NCBI GenBank assembly: GCA_021807105.1
Contig: JAKAPL010000003.1
Span: forward strand, 13,017 to 77,016
DNA from: Myxococcales bacterium
Lineage (GTDB): Bacteria; Myxococcota; Myxococcia; Myxococcales; JAKAPL01
Direction: 5' to 3'
Length of the DNA stretch: 64,000 bases
Positions 16,222 to 26,087 of the stretch are shown in pieces; the stretch's first letter is position 1; each line of letters starts with the position of its first letter. The notes beneath the pieces are model-generated. The model had not been told where the DNA came from. It did not search any database and was given only the letters and a program-made list of their open reading frames with translations. A program made the translations under genes and the position numbers.

Positions 16222-16872
16222 TCACGAGCGGACGCCCGGAGTGGGGCTCTCGAGGGCGCCCGCCGTCCGGGGGCTGTCCGTCCAGACGGCGCGCCTTCCT
16301 TCCTGGCGGACGCGCCCGTCGGCGATCCATCGGATGGCCGCCGGAAAGAGGCGATGCTCCTCGACGAGGATCCGGGCGGCGAGGCTCTCCTCGCTGTCCT
16401 CCGGCAGGACCGGCACCGCCGCCTGCGCGATGATGGGGCCGCTGTCCATCCCCGCGTCGACGAAGTGGACCGTGCAGCCCGCGATTCGAACGCCTCGGTC
16501 GAGGGCCTGCTTTGGGGCATGCAGCCCGGGGAAGGCCGGGAGGAGAGACGGGTGGACGTTGAGGATCCGGCCGGCGAAGGGTTCGATCAGCGGGGCGCCG
16601 ATCAGCCGGACGTAGCCGGCGAGGCAGACGAGATCGACCCGGGCGGCGCCAAGGGCGGCGGCCACCGCCCGGTCGTGGTCCGGCCTCACGGCGAAGACCG
16701 CCGGATCGACCACGCGGGTCGCCACCCCCGCTCGCCGGGCGATCTCGAGCGCCGGGCAGGTCGCGACGTTCGAGACGACGAGGGCCACCTCGGGGACCAC
16801 GCCCCGCGCCGCCGCCTCGAGGATGGCGGCGAGGTTCGATCCCCTCCCCGACACGAGGACGCCGATCCGCAC
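16222..16872 (-). CDS. purN: phosphoribosylglycinamide formyltransferase
   Basis: GTG start at 16872, 1 nt after the purM TAA. VRIGVLVSGRGSNLAAIL, NVHPSLLPAFPG and GCTVHFVD motifs. Confidence 0.85.
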   Translation of the reverse strand: MRIGVLVSGRGSNLAAILEAAARGVVPEVALVVSNVATCPALEIARRAGVATRVVDPAVFAVRPDHDRAVAAALGAARVDLVCLAGYVRLIGAPLIEPFAGRILNVHPSLLPAFPGLHAPKQALDRGVRIAGCTVHFVDAGMDSGPIIAQAAVPVLPEDSEESLAARILVEEHRLFPAAIRWIADGRVRQEGRRAVWTDSPRTAGALESPTPGVRS

Positions 16873-16873
16873 C

Positions 16874-16887
16874 TTAGGAGGCTGGTG
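16874..16887. other. solo end of mini-element family A embedded in the purM stop / purN start junction
   Basis: TTAGGAGGCTGGTG matches the A-element end TAGGAGGCTGGTG at 13/13 positions. On the minus strand it reads CCA GCC TCC TAA, the last three codons plus stop of purM. Confidence 0.45.
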
Positions 16888-17935
16888 CCCGGTAGACGAC
16901 CTCGGCCTCGGCTCCGGGAGCGCCCGCCTCGATCTCGCCGATCCGGTACGCGGCCTCACCGATCGCGGCGAGCGCCGCGATCCCCCTCCCGGCATCCTCC
17001 GGCGGCACGATCGCGCAGAGGCCGACGCCCATGTTGAACGTTCGGGCCATCTCGGCTTCGTCCACCTCGCCGCGCCGCCGCAGCAGCTCGAAGATGGGCG
17101 GCACGGGCCAGCTCCCCCGGCGGATCACCGCCCGCGTCCCGGGCGGCAGCACGCGCGGGAGGTTCCCCGGGATGCCCGAGCCCGTGACGTGGGCGAGGGC
17201 GCGGACCGGTGCAGCCTCCCGGAGCGCGCGGATCGCCCGCGCGTAGATCCGGGTCGGTGCGAGCAGCACCTCGCCCACGCTCCGCCCGGACAGCTCCGGC
17301 GGCCTCTCGTCGAGAGCGCGCGCGGGCTCGCCCGCGAAGAGGATCCGGCGCGCCAGCGAGTAGCCATTGGCGTGCAGGCCCGTCGAGGAGAGGCCGAGGA
17401 CGCAATCCCCGGGCGCCACCCGCGCGCCCTCCAGGATCTCCGACCGCTCGACGACGCCGACGGCGAAGCCCGCGAGGTCGTACCTTCCAGCCGGGTAGAA
17501 CCCCGGCATCTCCGCGGTCTCGCCGCCGAGCAGGGCGCAGCCCGCCTGCCGGCAGCCTTCGGCGATCCCGGCCACCACCTGGGCGGCGTCGTCCGCGCGC
17601 AGGGCGCCGGTCGCGTAGTAGTCGAGGAAGAAGAGCGGCTCCGCGCCGGTCGTGCAGACGTCGTTCACGCACATCGCGACGAGGTCGATGCCGATGGTGT
17701 CGTGCTTGCCCACCGCGGAGGCGACCTCGAGCTTGGTGCCGACCCCATCCGTCCCCGAGACCAGGACCGGCTCGCGGTAGCGGCCTGGCGCGAGTGCGAA
17801 CAGCCCGCCGAATCCGCCGAGCCCGCCCAGCACGCCTTCCCGAGTCGTGCTCTCCGCGTAGGGCCGGATCAACTCGACGAGCCGGTCGCCCTCGTCGATG
17901 TCCACCCCGGCCGCGCGGTAGGTGAGTCTGGGCAT
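16874..17935 (-). CDS. purM: phosphoribosylformylglycinamidine cyclo-ligase (AIR synthetase)
   Basis: 353 aa. MPRLTYRAAGVDIDEGDRLVELIRP, GGLGGFGGLF and SGTDGVGTKL motifs. Confidence 0.9.
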   Translation of the reverse strand: MPRLTYRAAGVDIDEGDRLVELIRPYAESTTREGVLGGLGGFGGLFALAPGRYREPVLVSGTDGVGTKLEVASAVGKHDTIGIDLVAMCVNDVCTTGAEPLFFLDYYATGALRADDAAQVVAGIAEGCRQAGCALLGGETAEMPGFYPAGRYDLAGFAVGVVERSEILEGARVAPGDCVLGLSSTGLHANGYSLARRILFAGEPARALDERPPELSGRSVGEVLLAPTRIYARAIRALREAAPVRALAHVTGSGIPGNLPRVLPPGTRAVIRRGSWPVPPIFELLRRRGEVDEAEMARTFNMGVGLCAIVPPEDAGRGIAALAAIGEAAYRIGEIEAGAPGAEAEVVYRAPAS

Positions 17936-17956
17936 CGCGGCCTTCCCGCGCCTCGC

Positions 17957-19741
17957 CTACTGCGGGCCCACGCAACTGCCGTGGATGGCGGCGGTCCAGG
18001 TGACCGGCGAGTATTCGTTCAGCTTGCCGTTGTTGCTGTCCGACTTGTCCACGAGGTTGGCCGTCACGCTCACGTCGATCTCGTCAGCGTTCATCTTGCT
18101 CGCACCCCCGGCCGTCACCGAGGCCGAGTTCGAGACCGAGAACGGGAAATCGGGCGACACGAGGAGGTGTTCGCTGTACAGGAGGTCGGTGGCGCCGATC
18201 CCGCTCACGGCGAGCGCGCAAGAGCCCTCGTTGCTGGGGGTGCCCGAGATGCTGTTGCCGCTCCCGAGCATCGCCGGAACGTTCAAGTTCTTGTCGGTCA
18301 CCCGGAAGACGAAGTTGCAGATCCCGCCCATGGGAATTTTCATGATGCAGTTCTGCGGGCTCTCCAAGCTCACCACCTCGCCCGTGACGAGGCAATCGCC
18401 GGCCGGCGGCGAGTTCGGCTGGCCGGGGGGGATGCCTCCTTGGACGCCCCCGCAGGCGGCCGAGAAGTCCTTGTCGCCGAGCTGCGGATACAGATAGCTT
18501 GTCCAGAGGACCTGCGTCGATGTCCAGAGCCGGACGTAGCCGTTCGTGTCGGGCGTCTGGAAATGGTCGAACTTGCCGTTGCAGTTCACGTCGATGAACG
18601 GCTCCGGCGGGTGGTGGACGCCGTTCTCGTCGGTGTAGGCATCGTCCCACTTCCCGTTGTCGTTCATGTCGACGTACGGCTCGGAGCAGGGAGGTTGATC
18701 GCCGGTGACGGCCCCGGCCGCGCAGGCGGTCTGCCAGTTGTCCAGCTTCCCCGCGGTGGCGGCGATGAGCGTCACCCAGCCGTCGCGCGGGTTGTAGACG
18801 TGGCCCGACCCATCCTTCCACCAGCGCTGGACCGGGGTCTGGTACGTGGAGCTGCCGGACTGCGACAGCAATGTGCCATCCAGCGTGGCGTCGTACGGCA
18901 CGTCCTGTGGGTAGGGGGTCGAGACGTGGAACTCGACGCTCGCCTCGCCCGTGCTGTCGGTGAGCATCGTCGAATGCTGCCCGGGCTTCTGGACCGAGGT
19001 CTGCATCGCGCCCGCCTCGGTCAGGTACTGGACCGCGGCGTTCATCAGACCCTGGTTCGGCCCGTCGCCCACGAAGGCCGTGCAGAGCTGGCTGTTGCCC
19101 TCGAAGGGGTGCTGCGTCTCCCAGGGGAAGCTGCCACCCATGGTGCTGTCGTTACACTTGAGGCTGATGTACGTCGCGACCCCGGACTCTCCATTGCCCG
19201 TAGCGGTCGTCGGCGTCGCCGGGGTCACGAAGCTGTCCTGGCAGGTGCCGCCGAAGTGGATCCTCGTCGAGCCCGCGAGCTGCGTGTTCGGGACGCCCGC
19301 GGTCTGCGCCTGGACCGTTGAGGTCAGGGTGACGATCACGTCCTCGACCGACATGTCGTACATCTGGACGGAGACCTTGCCGTCGGCGGAGTTCGGGCTT
19401 GCCGTCTGCGCGCGCGAGTAGGACGAGCCCGGCTGGATCGCCGTGAAGCTCGCGTTCGTGTTCGGATCGATGGCGAGGCTCACGCTGGTCCCGTCGGGGA
19501 CGAGCTCGCCGCTGGACTTGATGGTGATCGTGAGGACCGTCGGAGTCTGCCCGTCGTTCACCGCGGCCGTGGCCGACGGCGTGGCCACGAAGTCGCACTC
19601 GCCGCCGTTGCCGCAGTTCACCACGTCGACGCAGCCCCCGCCGTCGCAGTGCGTGCCGTAGTCAGGGCTGCCGCCGCAGCCGAGGAAGAAAAAGAGCAGA
19701 CCGCCGATCGGAACGAGCCGGAGCCGGGACACGGAACGCAT
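17957..19741 (-). CDS. large secreted lipoprotein, function unknown
   Basis: 594 aa. Lipobox FFFLGC|GG and high GC3 coding signal. Thr/Ser/Gly-rich beta-type sequence with scattered Cys pairs. Confidence 0.7.
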   Translation of the reverse strand: MRSVSRLRLVPIGGLLFFFLGCGGSPDYGTHCDGGGCVDVVNCGNGGECDFVATPSATAAVNDGQTPTVLTITIKSSGELVPDGTSVSLAIDPNTNASFTAIQPGSSYSRAQTASPNSADGKVSVQMYDMSVEDVIVTLTSTVQAQTAGVPNTQLAGSTRIHFGGTCQDSFVTPATPTTATGNGESGVATYISLKCNDSTMGGSFPWETQHPFEGNSQLCTAFVGDGPNQGLMNAAVQYLTEAGAMQTSVQKPGQHSTMLTDSTGEASVEFHVSTPYPQDVPYDATLDGTLLSQSGSSTYQTPVQRWWKDGSGHVYNPRDGWVTLIAATAGKLDNWQTACAAGAVTGDQPPCSEPYVDMNDNGKWDDAYTDENGVHHPPEPFIDVNCNGKFDHFQTPDTNGYVRLWTSTQVLWTSYLYPQLGDKDFSAACGGVQGGIPPGQPNSPPAGDCLVTGEVVSLESPQNCIMKIPMGGICNFVFRVTDKNLNVPAMLGSGNSISGTPSNEGSCALAVSGIGATDLLYSEHLLVSPDFPFSVSNSASVTAGGASKMNADEIDVSVTANLVDKSDSNNGKLNEYSPVTWTAAIHGSCVGPQ

Positions 19742-20056
19742 GGCTGCATTCTCGGCAAGGCGGGGCGCCAGTCAAGCACCCTGGCCGTCGGAGTCTGGCG
19801 AGAGGACGAAAACCTTGGGGGTCGGTTCCGGCCCACAGGGCGCCGCCGGCCTCGCCCCGCTGCTGCGGGACACCCTCCTGATCGCCGTCGCCGGCGTGAA
19901 GCCGAACTGGACCGGGCCCGCTTGGAGGGATTTCGCTTGACGGGATTCATCTGGCGGGCTGTAGTGTCCGCTGGGCTTGCGGTCCGTGCCAGCCAAATAG
20001 AGTGAGGCGGGTCGAAGTGAGGTCGTAAGCGTAACGGAAAGGCAAAGGAATCTTCG

Positions 20057-20653
20057 ATGAGGGCGCTACTCCTATCGTGGCTGATGATGGCTTCCACGGG
20101 CGTGCTCGCGCAAGAGGTGAATCCGCCGAGTGAGAAGCCGGGCAACGGCGTGATGTTGGCGCTGAGCGTCTTCCAGACGAGTTGGATCACGAGCTTTCTG
20201 GGCACCCAGCAGTCCGGATCCGGATCGACGGGCAACGCCCCGTTTGCGGGTCCCTTGCAGCCGGCGGTCTCGTTCGGCGGCCTCTTCGGGCAGGAGGCAA
20301 TTCTCCTCGGCTTCGGTTTCGGCGCGGCCGGCGCGAGCAGCGAGCAGGACAATGGAGGTGGAGGCTTCCTCTTCACGATCTCCCCGACCTTTCGTCACTA
20401 CTTCGAACCGCTCGTGAAAGGGGGGTTCAGCCCATTCATGGAGGGATCGGTGGCGGTGGAGGTCGTGGCGCCCAGCGCGACGCCCGCGAGCTTCGCCTTC
20501 GGCGCCGACCTGGGCGGCGGCGGTGAGTGGCTCTTCACGAAGAACTTTGGCCTGTTCGGTCGCGTGACGCTCGCCTATCAACACGCGAACTTCGGCTACA
20601 ACGTCGATGCCGCGGGCCTTACGGGAGACGCCGGGCTGACCGTACATCTGTAA
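20057..20653 (+). CDS. small outer-membrane beta-barrel-like protein
   Basis: 198 aa. Signal peptide ...STGVLA|QE, Gly/aromatic alternating strands, and a C-terminal ...[12 protein letters not shown]. Confidence 0.55.
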   Translation: MRALLLSWLMMASTGVLAQEVNPPSEKPGNGVMLALSVFQTSWITSFLGTQQSGSGSTGNAPFAGPLQPAVSFGGLFGQEAILLGFGFGAAGASSEQDNGGGGFLFTISPTFRHYFEPLVKGGFSPFMEGSVAVEVVAPSATPASFAFGADLGGGGEWLFTKNFGLFGRVTLAYQHANFGYNVDAAGLTGDAGLTVHL

Positions 20654-20662
20654 GATTAAGAT

Positions 20663-20806
20663 AAGGAGCTTCACCTGCACCGAGAGCGGGATCTCGCCCA
20701 CATCGTCGAGCAGGAGCGTGCCGTTCCCGGCCGCCTCGAAGAGCCCCTCGTGATCGCGATCGGCACCGGTGAACGCGCCCTTGACGTGGCTGACCCAGCA
20801 CGCGGC
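20663..20806 (-). pseudogene. remnant of a sigma54-dependent activator AAA+ domain
   Basis: The minus-strand frame reads ...[43 protein letters not shown]. This matches the GAFTGA loop and Walker B (LFLDEIGE) block of NtrC-type activators. Only ~45 aa are present, with no N- or C-terminal remainder, and it abuts the end of gene 20057..20653. Confidence 0.5.
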
Positions 20807-20880
20807 CTTTGAGGGCTGTAAGCCATCCCGGTCAAGAGGCGGGCCGGGCTGCGCCTTCCGGGCCGCATCCCGGAGGGTTC

Positions 20881-21036
20881 ATGGCCAGCGCGGATCACCT
20901 CGACCTCGTCATCCTCGGCTCGGGCTCGACCGCCGCAGCGGCAGGAGCGTGGATCGAGCCGGGTCAATCCCCAGGGGTCGAAGAACTCCCTGGCGCGGCG
21001 CTACCCACCGAGCAATCCGGTGGGCGACGGCGGTAA
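20881..21036 (+). pseudogene. N-terminal fragment of a FAD-dependent pyridine-nucleotide oxidoreductase
   Basis: MASADHLDLVILGSGSTAAAAGA (Rossmann GxGxxA fingerprint) is followed by unrelated sequence and a stop after 51 codons. A good SD (GGAGGG) is retained. Confidence 0.35.
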
Positions 21037-21067
21037 GCTCCGGTTCCAAACGAAAGGAAGGAACCGG

Positions 21068-21874
21068 ATGCAGACCGAAAACGGACGGGTGGCGCTCGTC
21101 ACCGGGGCGAGCCGCGGGATCGGGGCGGCCATCGCGAAGCGCCTCGCGCAGGGCGGCTATCGGATCGTGGGGACCTACCGGCAGGACGCCGTGGCCGCGC
21201 GAGCCGTCGAGGAGGAGATCCGCGCGGGCGGCGGCGCCTGCGACCTCGTCGTCGCCGACCAGCGCGATCCCGAGGCGCTGCGCGGGCCCGTGGACCTCGC
21301 CCGCGCGCGGTACGGCCGCCTCGACGCCTTCGTGGCCAATGCGGCCTCCACGGCGTTCTTGCCGTTGATGGACCTGAAACTCCATCAGATGGAGAAGACG
21401 TTCGCGGTCACGGTCCAGTCGTTCCTCTTGGGCACCCAGCTCTGCGCCCCGCTCCTTGCCGCCGCGCCGGGTAAGCCGGGCGGCGTGGTGCTCGCGATCT
21501 CGGGGATCGACAGCCAACAGGTATTGCCGATGCATGGCCTCCTGGGATCTTGCAAGGCGGCGATGGAGGTCCTCGTTCGCTACCTCGCCGTCGAGCTGTC
21601 GGGCCTCGGGATCCGGGCAAACGCCATCAACCCGGGGATCCTGGACACTGCCTCCAGCCGCATGTCGGTCGACCAGGAGCGCTGGAAGCATGTGGTCGAG
21701 TGGACCGCCGAGGTTGCCCCGGCCGGCCGCATGGGCACGCCCGAGGACGTGGCCGATCTCTCCGCTTTCCTATGCTCGGAGCGGAGCAGCTACCTGAACG
21801 GCCAGACGATCACCCTCGACGGGGGAATCCAGTGCGCGGCCTTCGTCGCGAGCATCGCGCAACGCCCGGTTTGA
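21068..21874 (+). CDS. short-chain dehydrogenase/reductase, FabL/FabI-like
   Basis: Start at MQTENGRVALVTGASRGIGAAIAKRL (TGxxxGIG), with SD AAGGAAGGAA. It has ...GSCKAAMEVLVRYLAVEL and NPGILDT. See the finding on the missing catalytic Tyr. Confidence 0.8.
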   Translation: MQTENGRVALVTGASRGIGAAIAKRLAQGGYRIVGTYRQDAVAARAVEEEIRAGGGACDLVVADQRDPEALRGPVDLARARYGRLDAFVANAASTAFLPLMDLKLHQMEKTFAVTVQSFLLGTQLCAPLLAAAPGKPGGVVLAISGIDSQQVLPMHGLLGSCKAAMEVLVRYLAVELSGLGIRANAINPGILDTASSRMSVDQERWKHVVEWTAEVAPAGRMGTPEDVADLSAFLCSERSSYLNGQTITLDGGIQCAAFVASIAQRPV

Positions 21875-21946
21875 CTCTCCGTAATCCTGTCTTACTGGTG
21901 AGGGCGTCGCCGGAACGGATCCGGCGCGAGAGAAAAGGAGAGCACC

Positions 21947-22402
21947 ATGCCGGGAATGATCCGGTGGGCCCCCGGTCGTACGGCCGGCGAGCTGCACCGC
22001 ATGCAGGAAGAGATGGATCGCTGGCTCGGCCAGCTCTGGAACTGGGGGCCGGAGGAGACCTCGCGCGCCGTCTGGCCGCGGACCGACATCTTCGAGGATG
22101 CCGAGGGGCTTCGGTTCCAGTTCGAGGTGCCTGGGCTCGACGGCAAAGACGTGAAGGTGACGCTCGCCGAGAACACGCTCACCGTGTCGGGCGAGCGCAA
22201 GCTGGAGAATGAGGACCGGCGGCAGAACTACCACCGGATCGAGCGGAGCTTCGGCGCCTTCGAGCGCAGCTTCACGCTGCCCGCGAGTCTCGACACGGAC
22301 AAGGCGCGCGCGGAGTACCAGAACGGCGTGCTCGCGGTTTTCATCCCGAGGAGCGAGCGGGCGAAGCCGCGGTCGGTGGCGGTGAAGGTCGAGACGAAGT
22401 AG
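21947..22402 (+). CDS. Hsp20/alpha-crystallin small heat-shock protein
   Basis: 151 aa. WPRTDIFEDAEGLRFQFEVPGLDGKDVKVTLAENTLTVSGERK...FERSFTLP...AEYQNGVLAVFIP. SD AAGGAG. Confidence 0.9.
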   Translation: MPGMIRWAPGRTAGELHRMQEEMDRWLGQLWNWGPEETSRAVWPRTDIFEDAEGLRFQFEVPGLDGKDVKVTLAENTLTVSGERKLENEDRRQNYHRIERSFGAFERSFTLPASLDTDKARAEYQNGVLAVFIPRSERAKPRSVAVKVETK

Positions 22403-22648
22403 CCCAGGACGTTCGAGCGGAGAGCGCAGCGCGGCCTTCGGAGGCCGAGAGCCCAACGTGGCCAAGACGCGGGCCGCGCTGCGATGCCCTGCCCGCCGGG
22501 CGGCGCTCCTCCGGGCGGGGAGGTCTGGAGCTTGTGAATCAATCCCCTTCCGTCGCCTGACGACGGTAGCGGCGGACCGGCCAAGAGCGTCAGGGCTTGT
22601 GCTCGGGGCGGACTTGCGGGACGATCCGGCCTTCCCTGGAGGCGGAAC

Positions 22649-22873
22649 GTGGACATGTCGAACGGAATGGCGGCGCTCGGGCTCATCGGCTTCCTCGTCT
22701 GGATGTTCGCGGCGGTCCTCGGGCTGGTGCTCGCGGTCCTCTGGATCTTGATGCCGTTCGCGGTCTTCTCCATCCGCCGGCGGCTGGAGGAGGAGCAGGC
22801 GCTGCTCGTCCGAATCGAGGGCCACCTCGCGAAGATCGCGGCGCGGGAACCAGCCTCGCCGCCGGCCGCGTGA
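22649..22873 (+). CDS. small membrane protein, function unknown
   Basis: 74 aa. Two hydrophobic helices (AALGLIGFLVWMFAAVLGLVLAVLWILMPFAVF) followed by a charged tail. GGAGG lies upstream. No homology recognised. Confidence 0.4.
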   Translation: MDMSNGMAALGLIGFLVWMFAAVLGLVLAVLWILMPFAVFSIRRRLEEEQALLVRIEGHLAKIAAREPASPPAA

Positions 22874-22936
22874 CCGTGGGGCAGCGTCCGGCCCGAGAAG
22901 CCCTCCCGGCGCATACGGTATTTCTCGGTCCGGACC

Positions 22937-23878
22937 TCAGGCGGACACGCGTTCGCGCCAACCTTCCAGGAGATCGCGCAGCGTCGTCTCCAGCGGGAGA
23001 GTCGGTTCCCACCCGAGCGCACGCAACTTGGTCGCGTCTCCCACGCGGCGCGGGGCGTCGGCCGGACGAAACCGCGAAGGATCGACGCGCACCTTCACGT
23101 GGACCCGCCCGAGGGTGCGCAGGACGTCGAGCAGCGCACCGATGCGCACGGCGGCGCCCGAAGCCACGTTGAAGACCTCGCCCGGCTTCCCTTGTTCGAG
23201 GACGATCGGGTAGGCCCGGACCGTGTCACGCACGTCGGTCACGTCGCGCTCGGCGGACAGGTTCCCGACCTCGATCAGCGGCGGTCCGAGGCCCGCCTCG
23301 GCCTCGGCGATCCGGCGGGCGAACGCCGACGCCGCGAAGCGGTCGCTCTGGCCCGGTCCGAGGTGGGCGAACGGGCGGACGATGACGACGGGCAAGCCGC
23401 GCCGGACGGCCATCCGCGCGAAGGCCTCCGCGGCGAGCTTGCCAATCCCGTAAGGGCTGTCGGGGTCGAGGGGCTGGTCCTCGCGGGCAGGGTCCGGGCC
23501 CGCGGCATAGACCTCGGCGCTGCTCACCAGGAGTACGCGCGGCGGGCGCGAAAGGAGCGAGGCGGCCCCGAGCACGGCTGCCGTTCCGGCGGTCAGGGCC
23601 TGGACGCTCTCGATGGGACGCGCGAACGACTCGCCGACGTGGGACGGCGCGGCCAGGTGGAAGACGCGGCTGGGCCTAATCCTGCCGAAGATCCGATCGA
23701 CCTCCCTGGGCTTCGTCACGTCGCAGCGGTGCAGATGGATCCCGGGCAGGGACGGAGCAGGCCCGTCGAGCCACGTGCCGTGGAGCGGCGCGGTCGCCGT
23801 CCGGGTGAGGTGCCGGCAGAGGTGGACCCCGGCAAAGCCGGTCGCGCCGGTGACGAGGACCGGTCCAGCGTCGTTCAT
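22937..23878 (-). CDS. NAD-dependent epimerase/dehydratase, probable GDP-4-keto-6-deoxy-D-mannose reductase (Rmd-like)
   Basis: 313 aa. [14 protein letters not shown] Rossmann motif. Overlaps the gmd stop by 4 nt, so the two genes form an operon. Confidence 0.65.
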   Translation of the reverse strand: MNDAGPVLVTGATGFAGVHLCRHLTRTATAPLHGTWLDGPAPSLPGIHLHRCDVTKPREVDRIFGRIRPSRVFHLAAPSHVGESFARPIESVQALTAGTAAVLGAASLLSRPPRVLLVSSAEVYAAGPDPAREDQPLDPDSPYGIGKLAAEAFARMAVRRGLPVVIVRPFAHLGPGQSDRFAASAFARRIAEAEAGLGPPLIEVGNLSAERDVTDVRDTVRAYPIVLEQGKPGEVFNVASGAAVRIGALLDVLRTLGRVHVKVRVDPSRFRPADAPRRVGDATKLRALGWEPTLPLETTLRDLLEGWRERVSA

Positions 23879-24867
23879 CGCTGGCCGTCCTGGCGGCCGG
23901 AAACCTCCCGGGCGACGCGCGCGAGATCCGCGTCGACCATGGTCTCGACGAGGCCGCGGAAGCCCACCGTCGGCTCCCAGCCGAGATCGCGCCGAGCTTT
24001 CCCTGCGTCGCCGACGAGGAGATCGACCTCGGCGGGACGGAAGAAGGCGGGATCGGTCACCACGTGTTCGCGCCAGTCGAGGCCCGCGCGGGCAAAGGCG
24101 ATCTCGCAGAACTCGCGGACGCTGTGGGTCTCGCCGCTCGCGATCACGTAGTCGTCCGGGCTCGGCCGCCGCAGCATCTGGACCATCATCCGCACGTAGT
24201 CGGGGGCGAAGCCCCAGTCACGCCGCGCGTCGAGGTTGCCGAGCCGAAGCTCTCGGGCGAGGCCGTGCCGGATGCGCGCGACCCCGTCGGTGATCTTGCG
24301 GGTGACGAACTCGCGGCCCCGGCGCGGCGACTCGTGGTTGAAGAGGATGCCCGCGCAGGCGAAGAGTCCGTAGCTCTCCCGGTAGTTCACGGTCAGGTAG
24401 TGGGCGTAGGTCTTCGCGACGGCGTACGGGCTGCGGGGGTAAAATGGCGTCCGCTCGTTCTGGGGTGTCTCGAGGGCCTTTCCGAACATCTCGCTCGAGG
24501 ACGCCTGGTAGAAGCGGATCTTCGGGTCGACCGTCCGGATGCCCTCGAGCATGCGGGTGACTCCGAGGGCCGTGTACTGCGCCGTCAGCTCCGGCTGGGA
24601 GAACGACGTCGGCACGAAGGACTGGGCCGCCAAGTTGTAGACCTCGACCGGCTCCGCTTGCTGGAGTGCGCGCAGCACGGAGGTCTGATCGAGCAGGTCC
24701 GCCTGGACCAGGGTCAGCCGGTCGCGCAGGTGGGCGATCCGCTCGAACGTCTCGGTGCTGCTCCGGCGCACCATGCCGAAGACCTCGCAGCCCCCGGCGA
24801 GGAGCTGCTCGGCGAGGTAGCTGCCGTCCTGTCCGGTGATGCCGGTGATGAGCACGCGCTCGCCCAT
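23875..24867 (-). CDS. gmd: GDP-mannose 4,6-dehydratase
   Basis: 330 aa. [40 protein letters not shown] and [11 protein letters not shown]. Confidence 0.9.
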   Translation of the reverse strand: MGERVLITGITGQDGSYLAEQLLAGGCEVFGMVRRSSTETFERIAHLRDRLTLVQADLLDQTSVLRALQQAEPVEVYNLAAQSFVPTSFSQPELTAQYTALGVTRMLEGIRTVDPKIRFYQASSSEMFGKALETPQNERTPFYPRSPYAVAKTYAHYLTVNYRESYGLFACAGILFNHESPRRGREFVTRKITDGVARIRHGLARELRLGNLDARRDWGFAPDYVRMMVQMLRRPSPDDYVIASGETHSVREFCEIAFARAGLDWREHVVTDPAFFRPAEVDLLVGDAGKARRDLGWEPTVGFRGLVETMVDADLARVAREVSGRQDGQR

Positions 24868-24937
24868 GTCTCGCTCCTGTCGAACGGGCTACATAGCGCG
24901 GCGCCGGCGGCGTAAACAAGCTGCTATCCTCGACACG

Positions 24938-26053
24938 ATGCGCGATCGGACGGAGCGCGCCGATCTGGCGCGGGCCTGGGACCTCGTGGCTTTCCTGCTC
25001 GGGGAGCGGCGAACGTCTCCCGGGCCTGTTCGTCCGGCCGTCCTGCGCGAGCTCGCGCGGCTCCATCGGCTCGACACGATGCTCGCGCAGCCGCGGCTCA
25101 CGGCGGTCTCGCCGGCCGAGCACGTGGACGAGGAGACCTGGCGCGGGTGGCAGGCCGCCCGCAAGGCGGCCCTCGCTCAGGTGATCGCCCGCGGGCCGGC
25201 GTCGCGCCGGGCGTTGGATCGCTTGTTCCCGCTGCCGGTCATCGTCATCAAGGGCTGCGCCGCGGCGGAGTTGCTCTACCCATCCCCGGCCGATCGCAGC
25301 ACCGGCGACCTCGATGTGCTCGTCCGGATGCAGGATCTCGCTGAAGCGCTCGAGCGGCTGACCGACGCGGGCTTCTCGCGCCACAACGCGGGTGATCCTT
25401 CCTTTGATTCGCCGACGAGTCCGGAGCGGCAGCTTGGGAGCCCGGAGCTCGATCTGGATCTTCACCAGGCATTCACGCATCAGGCGCGGCTCCCGATCGA
25501 CTACGACGCGGTGTTCGCGCGTTCGCTCCCCTGGCCGGCGTTCGCCCCGAACGCGCGCCTGCTCGCGCCCGAGGATGCGGTCGTCTACCAGACCGTGCAC
25601 GCCGGTTGCGGCGAGCTGTCCGTCGCCACCGCGCCCGCGCTCGGCCTCTTCGACCTGCGCCTGATGCTCGCGCGCAAGGGACCGTTCTGGGGCGCCGCGG
25701 GCGGGCCGGCGCTCGACCTCGATGCCGCCGTACGCAGGGCGGCGGAGTGGGGCGCCGAGCGGATGTTCTATGCCGTGCTCTCCGCGGCCTCCCGCATCTT
25801 CCCGAGCCTCTCGCCGGCAGCCTCCGATGCGGCCGAGGCAGTGCCCATGCTCATCCGGACGTTGCTCGATCGCGTCATCGTCGACCAAGCCAGTCCGCCG
25901 CGCCTTCGCGCGCCCCCTCGCGCCGCAGTCCTCGTGCGCAAGGCGCTGCTCATTCGCCCCGCCGCCCGTCTCCGCCTCCTTCGCTACCGGCTTCCCCAGG
26001 TGGCCGCGGCGCGGCGCCGCCGGCCGGCAAAGGCGCGGCCGATGGTGGTATAG
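24938..26053 (+). CDS. uncharacterised nucleotidyltransferase-family protein
   Basis: Start at MRDRTERADL. The block VIVIKGCAAAELLYPSPADRSTGDLDVLV...LTDAGF resembles the 'putative nucleotidyltransferase' family seen next to peptide-modification and kinase genes. Confidence 0.5.
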   Translation: MRDRTERADLARAWDLVAFLLGERRTSPGPVRPAVLRELARLHRLDTMLAQPRLTAVSPAEHVDEETWRGWQAARKAALAQVIARGPASRRALDRLFPLPVIVIKGCAAAELLYPSPADRSTGDLDVLVRMQDLAEALERLTDAGFSRHNAGDPSFDSPTSPERQLGSPELDLDLHQAFTHQARLPIDYDAVFARSLPWPAFAPNARLLAPEDAVVYQTVHAGCGELSVATAPALGLFDLRLMLARKGPFWGAAGGPALDLDAAVRRAAEWGAERMFYAVLSAASRIFPSLSPAASDAAEAVPMLIRTLLDRVIVDQASPPRLRAPPRAAVLVRKALLIRPAARLRLLRYRLPQVAAARRRRPAKARPMVV

Positions 26054-26087
26054 GGAGCACAGGGTTCCAATCGACGGAACATTCCCC

